Notes: generated by a model not told the origin, from the sequence alone. Positions 11,128 through 21,826 are shown, counted from the first letter of the stretch. The stretch: DNA of 64,000 nucleotides from Steroidobacter sp. (GCF_036402275.1 NZ_DASWTF010000027.1:86183-150182), one strand, 5' to 3'. Numbers and translations: made by a program.

Positions 11128-12453
11128 TCAGGGACGAGGAGCGGATTTGGCCTGTTCGACCAGTTCGGCCACGGTCTTCCCTTTCAAGCTGTCCAATAAC
11201 GCCTGCTCGGCGACGCGAGCCGCTTCGACCGCGGGCGCGATATCTCTGATGCGGCTGAGGCGCGGCCCCGCGGTCTCGTGCCGTACGGCGTCCAGCACAT
11301 CGTTCAGCTCGATTGCATGCGGGTCTCGCGCCGGCACCCAACTATCGTCTTCGGCGAGCAATAGCAGTTTGCGGTTCTCCAGCGCGTCCACGATGGGGGT
11401 GAGCGCCGCGCCCGGCAGTTCGAGATGGTCGGCGAGGCGGTTCACGGTCCAGCGATGCTGGGCCGTGCGATAGTCGTTCACGATGAGATACATGATGGAG
11501 AGCGCGACTCGCTCGCGCAGGCTCGAATTCAGGCTGATCAAGCCGCGGCCCGGTCGCAGGTATTGCGGATTCTGCACGTAGAAGGCCAGCTGCGCGCCGA
11601 GCAGCAGAATCAGCCAGGAAACATACAGCCACATCAACGCCACGATGACGATGGCGAAGCCGGCATAGATCAGCGTCGTCGTGGTGGTGCTGGAAACGAA
11701 GCGCGCGATCACCATGCCGCTGAAGGCCCACGCCGCGCCGGCGGACACGCCGCCAATCAGTGCGGCGCGCAGCTGTACCTTGGTATTCGGTATGAAACCG
11801 TACATGAACGTGAACACGCCCGAGACCAGGACGTACGGCGTGATCCTGCCCAGCACCAGCAGCAACGTATCGAACGGACGATAATGGGACAGGGTCTCCA
11901 CCACGCTCGTGCTGGCCAGAGTGGCGATCAATCCCAGCGCCGCGACGATGACGGCCGGGCCCACCACCATGACGCTCACATATTCGCTGAAGCGGCGGCC
12001 GAAGCTGCGCGGCTGCTCGACGCGCCACACGAAATTGAAACTTTCCTCGACCTTCTGCACGGTCGTGATCAGCGTGTACAGCAGGAACGTCAAACCGATG
12101 CCGCCCAGCACGCTGCCCTTCACGTTGTCGACGAAGCTCATCACCTGCGCGGTGATTTCATAGGCGCGGTCGCCGAGCGGCTCCAGGAAGCTGTACAGTA
12201 CCGGCTCGAGCTCGCGGTGGTACCCCAGGCCTTTGAGCACCGAGAACGACAGGGCGATGATGGGCACGATGGAAAGCAACGTCGTGAACACCAGGCTCAT
12301 GGCGCGCAAGGTGAGCTCGCCGCGAGTGATGTCGCGGATCAAGGCGTAGGGATAGCGCAGGATCCGTGTGAGTTTCCACAGCGGCCGGCCGATGATGGAT
12401 TCCGGCGGCTCGAACAGCCAACATTCGAGGCGTGTCAGCAAGGGTGCGATCAT
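11128..12453 (-). CDS. YihY/BrkB-family inner membrane protein with C-terminal winged-helix-like domain
   Basis: RAMSLVFTTLLSIVP, YGFIPNTKV, LMWLYVSWLILLLGA; soluble ~130-aa C-terminal domain. Confidence 0.85.
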   Translation of the reverse strand: MIAPLLTRLECWLFEPPESIIGRPLWKLTRILRYPYALIRDITRGELTLRAMSLVFTTLLSIVPIIALSFSVLKGLGYHRELEPVLYSFLEPLGDRAYEITAQVMSFVDNVKGSVLGGIGLTFLLYTLITTVQKVEESFNFVWRVEQPRSFGRRFSEYVSVMVVGPAVIVAALGLIATLASTSVVETLSHYRPFDTLLLVLGRITPYVLVSGVFTFMYGFIPNTKVQLRAALIGGVSAGAAWAFSGMVIARFVSSTTTTTLIYAGFAIVIVALMWLYVSWLILLLGAQLAFYVQNPQYLRPGRGLISLNSSLRERVALSIMYLIVNDYRTAQHRWTVNRLADHLELPGAALTPIVDALENRKLLLLAEDDSWVPARDPHAIELNDVLDAVRHETAGPRLSRIRDIAPAVEAARVAEQALLDSLKGKTVAELVEQAKSAPRP

Positions 12454-12508
12454 GCGTCAGCAGCGTGACACGCGCCTGCTGCGGCGGCAAGTTAGGCAAC
12501 CTCCAGTT

Positions 12509-13321
12509 ATGAATTACACCTCGGGCATTTTTCCGTCCCGCATTGTCTGCCTCACCGAGGAGACCACCGAAACGCTGTACCTGCTGGAAGAGGACTGGCG
12601 CATCGTCGGAATCTCCGGTTTCACGGTGCGGCCGCCGCGTGCCCGGCGCGAGAAACCGAAGGTTTCGGCGTTCACCAGCGCCAAGGTCGATCGCATTCGC
12701 GAGCTGGAGCCCGATCTAGTGCTGGGCTTCTCCGACCTGCAGGCCGACATCGCCTCGGACCTGGTGCGGCACGGGCTGAACGTGCACATTTTCAATCACC
12801 GCGACATCACCGGCATCTTCGGCATGATCAGCATCCTCGGCGGCATGATCGGCTGCGAGGCCAAGGCTGCGCAGCTCTGCGCCAGGCTGGCCGAGAACCT
12901 CGAAGGCATTCGCGCCTCGGCGGCGCAGTTCAGTGTGCGTCCACGCGTGTACTTCGAGGAATGGGACGAGCCGATGATCTCGGGAATCCGGTGGGTCTCG
13001 GAACTGATCGGCGTGGCCGGCGGCGACGATTGTTTCGACGACCACTCGCGTCAGTCGCTGGCGAAGAATCGCATCGTCGCCGATCCGCTGGAGGTGGTGC
13101 GTCGTGCGCCCGATATCATTCTCGGCTCGTGGTGCGGGAAGAAGTTTCGGCCGGCCAGTGTCGCGGCTCGCGCAGGTTGGGAACATGTGCCTGCGGTCGC
13201 CAATGCCCAGCTGCACGAAATCAAATCATCCATCATTTTGCAGCCCGGTCCGGCGGCGCTCACCGACGGCGTGACCGAGATTCACCAGATCTTCAAGGCG
13301 TGGCAGGCGAGCCGATCGTGA
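12509..13321 (+). CDS. BtuF-like cobalamin/Fe-siderophore binding-fold protein
   Basis: RIVCLTEETTETLYLL, PDLVLGFSDLQ, RVYFEEW, ILQPGPA; start moved to ATG 12509. Confidence 0.8.
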   Translation: MNYTSGIFPSRIVCLTEETTETLYLLEEDWRIVGISGFTVRPPRARREKPKVSAFTSAKVDRIRELEPDLVLGFSDLQADIASDLVRHGLNVHIFNHRDITGIFGMISILGGMIGCEAKAAQLCARLAENLEGIRASAAQFSVRPRVYFEEWDEPMISGIRWVSELIGVAGGDDCFDDHSRQSLAKNRIVADPLEVVRRAPDIILGSWCGKKFRPASVAARAGWEHVPAVANAQLHEIKSSIILQPGPAALTDGVTEIHQIFKAWQASRS

Positions 13322-14273
13322 AATAAAACGTCGCGCCCGCGTCGACCTGCGCTTCGGCCCAGATGCGGCCGTTGTGACGCGCGATCACGCGTTGCGCGGT
13401 GACGAGCCCGATGCCGCTACCCTGAAACTCCGCTTCGGGATGCAAGCGCTGAAACGGCACGAACAGCTTGTTCGCATACGCCATGTCGAAGCCGACGCCG
13501 TTGTCACGCACGAAATAAATCGGGCCGCCGGTGACGCCGGTCTGCACGCCGACGGACACCGCCGGTCGGGCGGCGCGAATGGTGTATTTCCAGGCGTTGC
13601 CGATCAAACAATCCATCGCCATGCGCAGCAGGCGTGCGTCGCCTTCGACGTGCATGTTCGGCGCGACGTCGAATTCAACGGTATGGCCGGGGAATTTTTC
13701 TTTCAAAGCCTCGCCGGCGTCGATGCAGATCTGCGTCAAATTCACGGGGCGAACGACCAGGTCCGCGGTGCTGATGCGCGATAAACTCAGCAGCGCCTCG
13801 ATGAGGCCGGACATCCGCTGACTGGCGTCATGAATGCGCCGTAGATAGTGCAGCTGTTTTTCGTCGAGCCGGTCGGTGGCGGTTTCCTGCAGGATCTGGC
13901 TGAAGCCAGACAGGCTGCGCAGCGGTGCGCGCAGATCGTGAGAGACGGCGTAAGCAAACGATTCGAGCTCGCGATTGGCGGCTTGCAGCTGACGCGTGCG
14001 CTCGGCGACACGCTTTTCCAACTCGGCGTTCATCTGCTGCACTTCGCGCTGTGATTCGAGCAGCGCGGAGACGGCGGCGTCGTCGCGTCGCTTATGTCGT
14101 CTCAGCAGGATGTACAGCAGAATGGCCGAGCCGAGAATCGCCAGCCAGCCCTTGCTGGTTTGCAGGACCTGCAGCGTGCGCGGGTCCAGGCCCAGCCATT
14201 CCAACCAGCGATCGGTGACGAAAATCCAGATCGCCCCGGCCGCCAGATAGATCAATGCGATCGTTCGTGGCAT
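13293..14273 (-). CDS. Orphan sensor histidine kinase with short 2-TM N-terminus
   Basis: H-box FAYAVSHDLRAPLR, N-box LIGNAWKY, DNGVGF, F-box LFVPFQRLH, GSGIGL. Confidence 0.92.
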   Translation of the reverse strand: MPRTIALIYLAAGAIWIFVTDRWLEWLGLDPRTLQVLQTSKGWLAILGSAILLYILLRRHKRRDDAAVSALLESQREVQQMNAELEKRVAERTRQLQAANRELESFAYAVSHDLRAPLRSLSGFSQILQETATDRLDEKQLHYLRRIHDASQRMSGLIEALLSLSRISTADLVVRPVNLTQICIDAGEALKEKFPGHTVEFDVAPNMHVEGDARLLRMAMDCLIGNAWKYTIRAARPAVSVGVQTGVTGGPIYFVRDNGVGFDMAYANKLFVPFQRLHPEAEFQGSGIGLVTAQRVIARHNGRIWAEAQVDAGATFYFTIGSPATP

Positions 14274-14303
14274 GCGTTTGTGCGTCGGCCGGGTTGCAGC
14301 GGC

Positions 14304-15197
14304 TCAGGTGGTGAGGCGGCGCTCCGCCTCGGCGTATTTTTCCGCGGTCTTCCGCACGACCTCGGCGGGCAACTTCGGCCCCGGCGCGCGCTTGTCCCAC
14401 GTCAATGTTTCCAGATAGTCGCGCACGAACTGCTTGTCGAAACTCGGCGGGCTGGTGCCAGGGCTATAGGTGTCGGTGGGCCAGAAGCGCGAGGAATCGG
14501 GCGTCAAGGCTTCGTCGATCAGCGTCAGATGCCCGGCGTCGTCGATGCCGAACTCGAACTTGGTGTCGGCGATGATGATGCCGCGAGTCAGCGCGTATTC
14601 GGCGGCGAAGCGATACAACGCGAGCGCGGTCGCGCGGACCTGCTCGGCAAGGCCGCGACCGATCAGTGACACGGTGCGGTCGTAGTCGATGTTCTCGTCG
14701 TGCTCGCCCAGTTCCGCTTTGGTGGCCGGTGTGAACAATGGCTCGCTGAGGCGATCGGCCTGGCGCAGCCCTTTTGGCAATTCGATACCGCACACCTTGC
14801 CGGTTTGCTGGTAATCCTTCCATCCCGAGCCGATCAGATAGCCGCGCACCACGGCTTCGATGGGCAGCGCCTTGAGGCGCCTCACGATCATGCTGCGATC
14901 GGCGATGGCCGCGCGCTCGGCGGGATCTTTGACCACGCTTTCCAGCGGCGTGTCCAGGATGTGATTCGGGATGATGTGCCTGGTCCGCTCGAACCAGAAG
15001 CGCGAGATTCGGGACAGCACCGCGCCCTTGCCGGGGATCGGGTCGGGCAGCACCACGTCGAAGGCGCTGAGCCGGTCGGTGGTCACGATCAGCATCTGCC
15101 GCTCGTCGATGGCGTAGACGTCGCGGACCTTGCCCTGATGAATGCGCTTCAAACTGCTGAGGCGCGACTCGAGCATGGGAGGGGAGGGCTGAGTCAC
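14304..15197 (-). CDS. purC: SAICAR synthetase
   Basis: [41 protein letters not shown]. Confidence 0.97.
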   Translation of the reverse strand: MTQPSPPMLESRLSSLKRIHQGKVRDVYAIDERQMLIVTTDRLSAFDVVLPDPIPGKGAVLSRISRFWFERTRHIIPNHILDTPLESVVKDPAERAAIADRSMIVRRLKALPIEAVVRGYLIGSGWKDYQQTGKVCGIELPKGLRQADRLSEPLFTPATKAELGEHDENIDYDRTVSLIGRGLAEQVRATALALYRFAAEYALTRGIIIADTKFEFGIDDAGHLTLIDEALTPDSSRFWPTDTYSPGTSPPSFDKQFVRDYLETLTWDKRAPGPKLPAEVVRKTAEKYAEAERRLTT

Positions 15198-15342
15198 GAT
15201 GGGCTTACTCGATAAAAATTGAGAGGAAAAACACGGTTGACTGTCGGCCGATGGTGGCGGTGCACGAGGCTGCTACCATACCGGCTCAGTCAGTACTTGC
15301 TGACTAATTGTCGCAGTGGGTGACGAGGGCTTCAAGGCATCG

Positions 15343-16179
15343 ATGTATTGGCAAGGTAAAGCATTGGGCGCGCTGATCGGCGGGGTGACCGCGGGTCCCA
15401 TGGGCGCATTGTTCGGGACCTTCATCGGGCACCTGTTCGACGCTTCGGCGGAGAGCGGGCTCGCCGGTCGTCTGGGCAGTGGCAATGACGCCGATGAGGC
15501 TGACTCGGCAGCGGATGCCCAAGCGTCGACGATGGGCGTGCAGGAAGCGTTCTTCCGCGCGACCTTTCAGGTGATGGGCCACATCGCGAAGGCCGACGGG
15601 CGCGTCTCCGAAAATGATATTCGCGCCGCACGCGCCATCATGACCGAGTTCCAGCTGCGCGAGCGCGAGGTGCAGTTCGCCATCGATTTGTTCACTCAGG
15701 GCAAGGAACGCGAGTTTCCCCTGGAAGCCACGGTGCGCCGGCTGCGCAGGATGTTGAGCGACCGCCCCGAACTGCTGCGCATGTTCCTGCAGATTCAACT
15801 GCAGACGGCGTTGTGGAGTGGCAGTTTCAGTTCCGCCGCTCGCCAGGTGATGGCGCGAGTGGCCACGTCGTTGGGCGTCTCGCCCTACGAGTTGGTGCAA
15901 ATGGAGGCGCTGCTGCGAATGACGCAGTCGTCTCGTCAACCGCCCGAAGCGGCTCCCAAGGTCGATAAAGTCGCGCAGGCCTACGAAGTGCTGGGTATCC
16001 CGAGCTCGGCATCCGACGCGGAAGTCACCAAGGCGTATCGACGCCTGATGAATCAAAATCACCCCGACAAGCTGGTCGCGCGCGGCCTGCCCGAGTCGAT
16101 GATGAAAGTCGCCGAGGAAAAAACCCGGCAGGTCCGCGCGGCATACGAAGTGCTGCGTGAAGCGCGCGCGATGCGATAG
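15343..16179 (+). CDS. djlA: Co-chaperone DjlA
   Basis: N-terminal GALIG/GHLFD membrane anchor, MGHIAKADGRVSE, C-terminal J domain with HPD; start may be 15316. Confidence 0.93.
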   Translation: MYWQGKALGALIGGVTAGPMGALFGTFIGHLFDASAESGLAGRLGSGNDADEADSAADAQASTMGVQEAFFRATFQVMGHIAKADGRVSENDIRAARAIMTEFQLREREVQFAIDLFTQGKEREFPLEATVRRLRRMLSDRPELLRMFLQIQLQTALWSGSFSSAARQVMARVATSLGVSPYELVQMEALLRMTQSSRQPPEAAPKVDKVAQAYEVLGIPSSASDAEVTKAYRRLMNQNHPDKLVARGLPESMMKVAEEKTRQVRAAYEVLREARAMR

Positions 16180-16197
16180 ATAGCGAGGTTCCCTCCC

Positions 16198-16869
16198 ATG
16201 CAACCCTGGATTGCTCCTTCGATACTTTCCGCCGATTTCGCCCGTCTGGGTGAAGAAGTGAAAGCGGTGCTCGACGCCGGCGCCGACACGATTCATTTCG
16301 ACGTGATGGACAATCACTATGTGCCCAATCTCACGATCGGGCCGCTGGTATGCGAGGCGCTGCGCAAGCACGGCGTCACGGCGCCCATCGATGTGCATTT
16401 GATGGTGAAGCCGGTGGATCGCATCGTTCCGGATTTCGCCGCTGCCGGCGCGACCTGGATCAGCTTTCATCCCGAAGCGACCGAGCACGTCGATCGCACC
16501 ATAGGTTTGATCCGCGAACATGGCTGCCGTCCCGGCATCGTGCTCAATCCGGCGACGCCGCTGAACGTGCTCGATTACGTGCTCGACAAGGTCGACATGA
16601 TCCTGCTGATGTCGGTGAACCCGGGCTTCGGCGGTCAGAAGTTCATTCCCTCCGCGTTGGCCAAACTGAGAAAGACGCGAGAAATGATTGCGGCGAGCGG
16701 TCGTGACATTCGCCTGCAGATCGACGGGGGAGTGAAGGTCGATAACATCGGCGAGATCGCCGCGGCAGGCGCCGATACCTTCGTCGCGGGCTCGGCGATC
16801 TTCGGTTCGAAGGACTACAAGAAGACGATCGCCGATATGCGTTCCAAGATCGCGCAAGCGATCAAATAA
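16198..16869 (+). CDS. rpe: Ribulose-phosphate 3-epimerase
   Basis: [40 protein letters not shown]. Confidence 0.98.
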   Translation: MQPWIAPSILSADFARLGEEVKAVLDAGADTIHFDVMDNHYVPNLTIGPLVCEALRKHGVTAPIDVHLMVKPVDRIVPDFAAAGATWISFHPEATEHVDRTIGLIREHGCRPGIVLNPATPLNVLDYVLDKVDMILLMSVNPGFGGQKFIPSALAKLRKTREMIAASGRDIRLQIDGGVKVDNIGEIAAAGADTFVAGSAIFGSKDYKKTIADMRSKIAQAIK

Positions 16870-16908
16870 TTATGCTCGCCAAGGCGACCAAGTGAACCCC
16901 TGAAAACA

Positions 16909-16940
16909 CAGAGGCCGCTTGCGCGGCCTCTGGTTTATTT
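16909..16940. terminator. Intrinsic terminator between convergent rpe and crp, probably bidirectional
   Basis: Perfect 10-bp stem CAGAGGCCGC/GCGGCCTCTG, 4-nt loop, A-rich before and T-rich after. Confidence 0.8.
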
Positions 16941-17718
16941 ATTCCTCGTCCTCGTCGTCGAAGTCGTCGTCATCATCATCGTCGTCGTCATCATCGCGAC
17001 GATTGTTAGGTGACGACGCGGCGGTGGCGGCGCCAGCGCGCCCCGCGGCGGCAGCCAGCGGCGGCTTGGTCTTCATCTTCGGACGCGCGCCGAACACGAC
17101 GATGGTCTTGCCAGTGGCGCGCAGCAGGCCCTGGTCTTCCAGCACCTTCAACACGCGGCCCGCCATCTCACGCGAGCAGCCCACCAGACGCGACAGCTCC
17201 TGGCGGCTCACTTTGATCTGCATGCCTTCCGGATGAGTCATCGCATCCGGCTCGCTGCACAGGTCCATGATGGCGTGCGCGACGCGACCGGTCACATCGA
17301 CGAAGGCCAGGTCGCCGAGCTTGCGGTTGGTGCGATCCAGACGAGTCGCGAGCTGAGTGGCCAGCTCGAACACCAGGCCCGGGCTTTCGGCCGCGAGCTG
17401 GCGGAAGCGGGGATAAGTCATTTCAGCGAGCTCGCACTGCTGGCGCGTGCGCACCCAGGCGCTACGCGTGGGCTGTTCGTAGAACAGGCCCATCTCGCCG
17501 AAGAACTGACCTTTGTTGAGGTAGGCGAGCACCATCTCGTTGCCTTCCTCGTCCTCGATCATCACTTCGACCGAGCCGCTCACGATGTAATAAAGCACAT
17601 CGGGCAGGTCGCCGGCATGGATGACCACGGTCTTCGAGGGCACCGTGCGAATCCGGCAATAACTCAAAAACCGGTTGATCGCCGGAATGTCGCTCAATGG
17701 CCTTGCGCCCTCTTCCAT
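16939..17718 (-). CDS. crp: cAMP receptor protein (CRP/Vfr-like) with acidic C-terminal extension
   Basis: GSVEVMIEDEEGNEMVLAYLNKGQFFGEMGLF, RSAWVR, LAFVDVTGRV, HTH SRQELSRLVGCSREMAGRVLK. Confidence 0.93.
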   Translation of the reverse strand: MEEGARPLSDIPAINRFLSYCRIRTVPSKTVVIHAGDLPDVLYYIVSGSVEVMIEDEEGNEMVLAYLNKGQFFGEMGLFYEQPTRSAWVRTRQQCELAEMTYPRFRQLAAESPGLVFELATQLATRLDRTNRKLGDLAFVDVTGRVAHAIMDLCSEPDAMTHPEGMQIKVSRQELSRLVGCSREMAGRVLKVLEDQGLLRATGKTIVVFGARPKMKTKPPLAAAAGRAGAATAASSPNNRRDDDDDDDDDDDFDDEDEE

Positions 17719-17903
17719 ACCCGCCCCTATGCGCCTTGTGCTTGTAACTAAATGACTCTAGGTGGATGACTTGACGACAATATGTCTTGCCGCGCCTTTT
17801 AATACAGTATGACCCAACATCGCAAGCTTTTCCTTACACGGCAAAACTTTACGTCGACTATTTGACGGTGTACCCCATGCTCGTTCAGCACTGGGGACAC
17901 TAC

Positions 17904-18611
17904 TCACAGCCAATACGCAGTTCGCGTCATCACTTTGGCGGTGAGCTTCATCAAAGCTCGCACCGGTCTCGGTAACTCGCGCCCGCCTGCCTGAATGGCG
18001 TTGCGACCATGACGCTCTTCGTCGGCGCTCATCTGCTGGATGATCGCCCGTGTACGCTGGTCGTCCGCCGGCAGCCGTTGCAAGTGTCCGTCGAGATGCT
18101 CGACCACCTGGCGCTCGGTTTCGGCCACGAAGCCCAGACTGATGCGATCGCCTGCCAGGCCGGCGAGGGCGCCGATGCTGAAAGAACCGGCATACCACAG
18201 CGGATTGAGCACACTGGTCCGGCCTCCCAATTCATGGATACGGTCGGCACACCAGGCCAGATGGTCGGTCTCTTCGCGCGCCGCTTCCATCAGTGAAGCC
18301 CTGGTTGCAGCGGTTCGCGAAACGAACGCCTGGCCTTGGTAGAGCGCCTGAGCGGCGATTTCCCCGGAGTGATTGATCCGCATGAGCGCGGCGGCATGCT
18401 TGCGAGCGGCGGGGCTATCGGCGATTTCGGGCGTTTCGGGCAGGTTCTCGGCCGGGTTCGGCCGGGCCGCGACATGGCTCGCGAACAGGGTGCGCAGAGT
18501 CTGGTCGGCGGGCGTCAGCAGGCGGTCGAGGAGGGTGTAGCGGCGGCCGCCGCCTTCGTCCGGAACCGGGCCGGAAGGGGTCGAGGTATGGGTCGTCATG
18601 GCGGGATTCAT
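17904..18611 (-). CDS. coq7: Demethoxyubiquinone hydroxylase Coq7 (di-iron)
   Basis: [42 protein letters not shown]. Confidence 0.93.
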   Translation of the reverse strand: MNPAMTTHTSTPSGPVPDEGGGRRYTLLDRLLTPADQTLRTLFASHVAARPNPAENLPETPEIADSPAARKHAAALMRINHSGEIAAQALYQGQAFVSRTAATRASLMEAAREETDHLAWCADRIHELGGRTSVLNPLWYAGSFSIGALAGLAGDRISLGFVAETERQVVEHLDGHLQRLPADDQRTRAIIQQMSADEERHGRNAIQAGGRELPRPVRALMKLTAKVMTRTAYWL

Positions 18612-18763
18612 TATATATGTCGTGGGCGGCGGGACCGGCCCGGCGCCAACTCCCCCAAAATCCGACGCTTACTGCGTTTGCAATGGCTCGTCTCGTCCAT
18701 TAGACTTGCCGGCCTTTTCGCCCCCTGGCTGGCAGGGGCGCGCTAGTTTTCCCGGAGATTTCA

Positions 18764-19192
18764 ATGAGTACCGTCTTCGCCAATGCGCAAACGGTCCGTC
18801 GTGACTGGTACGTGATCGACGCGACGGGCAAGACCCTGGGCCGTCTGGCCTCGCAGGTCGCTTCGCGTCTGCGCGGCAAGCACAAGGCGGCTTACACCCC
18901 GAACTGCGACACGGGCGACCACATCGTGATCGTCAACGCGGGCAAGATCCGGGTCACGGGCCGCAAGCTGACGGACAAGTTCTACCATCACCACACCGGC
19001 TACATGGGTAACTTGAAGAGCACCAGCCTGGAAAAGCTGCTCGACAAGCACCCCGAGCGCGCCATCGAGTTCGCGGTCAAGGGCATGCTCCCGAAGAACC
19101 CGCTCGGTCGCAAGATGTTCAAGAAGCTGCATGTGTTCTCGGGCGACAAGCACCCGCACACGGCGCAGCAGCCCAAGGCGCTCGAGATCTAA
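18764..19192 (+). CDS. rplM: 50S ribosomal protein L13
   Basis: [39 protein letters not shown]. Confidence 0.99.
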   Translation: MSTVFANAQTVRRDWYVIDATGKTLGRLASQVASRLRGKHKAAYTPNCDTGDHIVIVNAGKIRVTGRKLTDKFYHHHTGYMGNLKSTSLEKLLDKHPERAIEFAVKGMLPKNPLGRKMFKKLHVFSGDKHPHTAQQPKALEI

Positions 19193-19213
19193 TTCATAGG
19201 TACGTATTCAGAC

Positions 19214-19606
19214 ATGGCCATCTCGACCAACTACGGCACCGGCCGTCGCAAGACCTCCACCGCCCGGGTGTTCCTGCGCAAGGGCTCCGGCAACATCCGC
19301 GTCAACGACCGTACTCTCGACGAGTTCTTCGGCCGTAAGACCGCGCGCATGATCGTGCGTCAGCCGCTGGAAGCCGTGAACCTGGACAGCAGCTTCGACG
19401 TCGAAGTGACGGTCAAGGGCGGCGGCATCACCGGCCAGGCCGGCGCCATCCGCCACGGTCTGACCCGTGCGTTGATCGAGTACGACGAGACCTTGCGCAA
19501 GACGCTGCGCGACGCGGGCTACGTGACCCGTGACGCCCGCGAAGTCGAGCGTAAGAAGGTCGGCTTCCGGAAGGCGCGTCGCGGTACGCAGTTCTCGAAG
19601 CGCTAA
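19214..19606 (+). CDS. rpsI: 30S ribosomal protein S9
   Basis: [42 protein letters not shown]. Confidence 0.99.
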   Translation: MAISTNYGTGRRKTSTARVFLRKGSGNIRVNDRTLDEFFGRKTARMIVRQPLEAVNLDSSFDVEVTVKGGGITGQAGAIRHGLTRALIEYDETLRKTLRDAGYVTRDAREVERKKVGFRKARRGTQFSKR

Positions 19607-19615
19607 TCCTGCTTC

Positions 19616-19689
19616 TGGGGGATCGTCTAGCGGTAGGACTACGGACTCTGACTCCGTCAACCTAGGTTCGAATCCTAGTCCCCCAACCA
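19616..19689 (+). tRNA. tRNA-Gln(CTG)
   Basis: 74 nt TGGGGGA...TCCCCCAACCA; anticodon loop CTCTGAC, T arm CCTAG-GTTCGAAT-CCTAG region, encoded CCA. Confidence 0.97.
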
Positions 19690-19693
19690 ACCC

Positions 19694-19726
19694 ACAGGCC
19701 CGCCTTCGGCGGGCCTGTTTGTTTTT
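19694..19726 (+). terminator. Rho-independent terminator after rplM-rpsI-tRNA-Gln
   Basis: 11-bp stem ACAGGCCCGCC/GGCGGGCCTGT followed by TTGTTTTT. Confidence 0.9.
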
Positions 19727-19770
19727 GGCGGTCCGCTTTCACTGGTGTTTCGAAGAGGGCCTCGGTGGCT

Positions 19771-19925
19771 GGCAGCGCCTGGGGGAGGTATGTCCTCCCG
19801 GCACCGCTGCACCCGCCTCGCCACGCTGTCGCGTGTCGCCTGCTTGTACGTCCATGTAGCGCTATTGGGTCAACGTCCATGTTGATCCCAATTGCCGGGA
19901 GAACATACCTCCCCCAGGCGCTGCC
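19771..19925. repeat. Element bounded by 33-bp inverted repeats (32/33 identical)
   Basis: 19771-19803 GGCAGCGCCTGGGGGAGGTATGTCCTCCCGGCA versus 19893-19925. Confidence 0.85.
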
Positions 19926-20151
19926 TCCAGCTTTCGCTGTAGCAGCCGAGCTCTTCGGAGCGGTATGCCTCGGCGTCTAGTGGTTTACGCAGCTGCTGCC
20001 AAAAAAATTTAGTTCGCTGCTTGCTCGAAATGGAACCACCGACGCCTCTCTTCCAGACGAACCACCGCCGCCTCTTCTGCGGCGTCTTCGCCACGAAGCA
20101 GCGATAATCCCCTTCCCTGCAACGCGCGCACTTCGAAGAAGCGACTACGAC

Positions 20152-21210
20152 ATGATCGACTCCTTGTACCCGCTGATCCGTCCGCTGCTGTTTTCGATGG
20201 ATGGAGAGCGCGCGCATGCCGTGACATTCGACATGCTGGAGATGGCGCACTCGTTGGGCTTGCTCGGCAAGCACGAGTCACGACCGGAAGACGGTGTGAC
20301 GCTCATGGGTTTGCGATTTCCGAATCGCGTCGGGCTCGCGGCCGGGCTCGATAAAAACGCGAAGCACATCGACGCGCTCGGTGCATTGGGTTTTGGATTC
20401 ATCGAAGCGGGTACGGTGACGGCGCAGGCACAAACAGGTAACGCAATGCCTCGGCTGTTTCGACTTCCGGAAGCGAATGCGTTGATCAATCGCATGGGCT
20501 TTCCGAATGAAGGCGCCGAAGCGATTGCCGAGCGACTCGCGCGTCGCAAGTTCAAAGGTGTGTGTGGCATCAACATCGGCAAGAACGCCGTGACTCCGCT
20601 GGAAGATGCCGCGCGAAATTACGTCGAATGTTTTCGTGTGGTCGCGCCTCACGCCGACTATGTAGCGGTGAACGTATCGTCACCGAACACGGCCAACCTT
20701 CGTCAGCTGCAACAGGTCGATCAGCTGCGTCCCATTCTCGATGCGCTGCTCGAAGCTCGCGTGCAACTGATCTCAAGCTCGGGCAAGTCGCTGCCGATAC
20801 TGGTGAAGGTGTCGCCCGATCTGGCGAGCGAAGATCTCGCCGCCATCGCGCGACTGGTTCGCGAGTTGCGTATCGATGGAATGATCGCGACCAACACCAC
20901 CATCACGCGCGATGCGGTGAAGGGCGTGCGTAACAGCGAACAGCAGGGAGGATTGAGCGGCGCGCCGATTCGTTCGTTGGCGCTGAAGGCCATCCCCGTT
21001 CTGCGTGAGCATCTGGGGAGCGGGACGCCGCTGATCGCGGCGGGTGGAATCGATTCAGGTGAGGCGGCGGTTGCTGCCTTGCAGGCAGGTGCAGATCTGA
21101 TTCAGATCTACACCGGCCTCATCTATCGCGGTCCCCGACTGGTCACGGAGATCCGTGCCGCGGTGTCCGCATTCACAGCGTCTGCACGCCCGACGGCGAA
21201 CCCAGGATGA
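20152..21210 (+). CDS. pyrD: Quinone-dependent dihydroorotate dehydrogenase
   Basis: [55 protein letters not shown]. Confidence 0.97.
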   Translation: MIDSLYPLIRPLLFSMDGERAHAVTFDMLEMAHSLGLLGKHESRPEDGVTLMGLRFPNRVGLAAGLDKNAKHIDALGALGFGFIEAGTVTAQAQTGNAMPRLFRLPEANALINRMGFPNEGAEAIAERLARRKFKGVCGINIGKNAVTPLEDAARNYVECFRVVAPHADYVAVNVSSPNTANLRQLQQVDQLRPILDALLEARVQLISSSGKSLPILVKVSPDLASEDLAAIARLVRELRIDGMIATNTTITRDAVKGVRNSEQQGGLSGAPIRSLALKAIPVLREHLGSGTPLIAAGGIDSGEAAVAALQAGADLIQIYTGLIYRGPRLVTEIRAAVSAFTASARPTANPG

Positions 21211-21826
21211 GCAGATCGGCGGGTCGCCGTGCGAACAAGCCAACGGTGACCACGCCGGCGAGCTGATTGATGTCGCTCTCCATCTTCACCGGATCGACGA
21301 TGCTCAAGCCGTGCACGTCGAGGATTTGATTGCCGTTGTCGGTGACGAAGCCTTCGCGATAAACCGGTTGTCCCCCTAAAGCAACCAATTGTCGGGCGAC
21401 ATACGAGCGCGCCATCGGAATCACCTCCACTGGCAGCGGGAATTTGCCGAGCACGCTCACCAGCTTGGACTCGTCGGCGATGCAGATGAAGCGCCGCGAT
21501 GCGGCGGCGACGATCTTTTCGCGGGTCAGCGCACCCCCACCGCCCTTGATCAGGCGTCGGTGACGATCCGACTCGTCGGCGCCGTCTATGTACAGGTCCA
21601 GCTCGCCGGCGGTGTTGAGGTCGAGAACGTCGATGCCATGACGCTTCAGACGCGCCGTCGAGCGCTCCGAACTGGAGATCGCGCCTCGAATGCGCACCTT
21701 TTGCGCAGCCAACGCATCGATGAAGCGATCGACCGTGGACCCGGTTCCGATGCCGAGGATGGAGTCCTCCTCGACGTGGGCGAGGGCGGCGAGGGCGGCT
21801 TGCTGCTTCAGTTGATCGGCGTTCAT
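21173..21826 (-). CDS. rpiA: Ribose-5-phosphate isomerase A
   Basis: [35 protein letters not shown]; start moved to ATG 21826. Confidence 0.97.
   Translation of the reverse strand: MNADQLKQQAALAALAHVEEDSILGIGTGSTVDRFIDALAAQKVRIRGAISSSERSTARLKRHGIDVLDLNTAGELDLYIDGADESDRHRRLIKGGGGALTREKIVAAASRRFICIADESKLVSVLGKFPLPVEVIPMARSYVARQLVALGGQPVYREGFVTDNGNQILDVHGLSIVDPVKMESDINQLAGVVTVGLFARRPADLLILGSPSGVQTL

Noticed and set aside
16945-16996. GTC/ATC trinucleotide run as a non-coding microsatellite
   Set aside because: It is the in-frame poly-Asp tail of crp with mixed codons.
19616-21210. Genomic island or prophage integrated at tRNA-Gln
   Set aside because: No integrase, and I found no duplicated tRNA 3' end; the next gene is housekeeping pyrD.
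21173-21210. Convergent 3' overlaps (pyrD/rpiA 38 bp; binding protein/kinase 29 bp at 13293-13321) as antisense regulation
   Set aside because: Short tail overlaps are common in compact high-GC genomes, and there is no further support.
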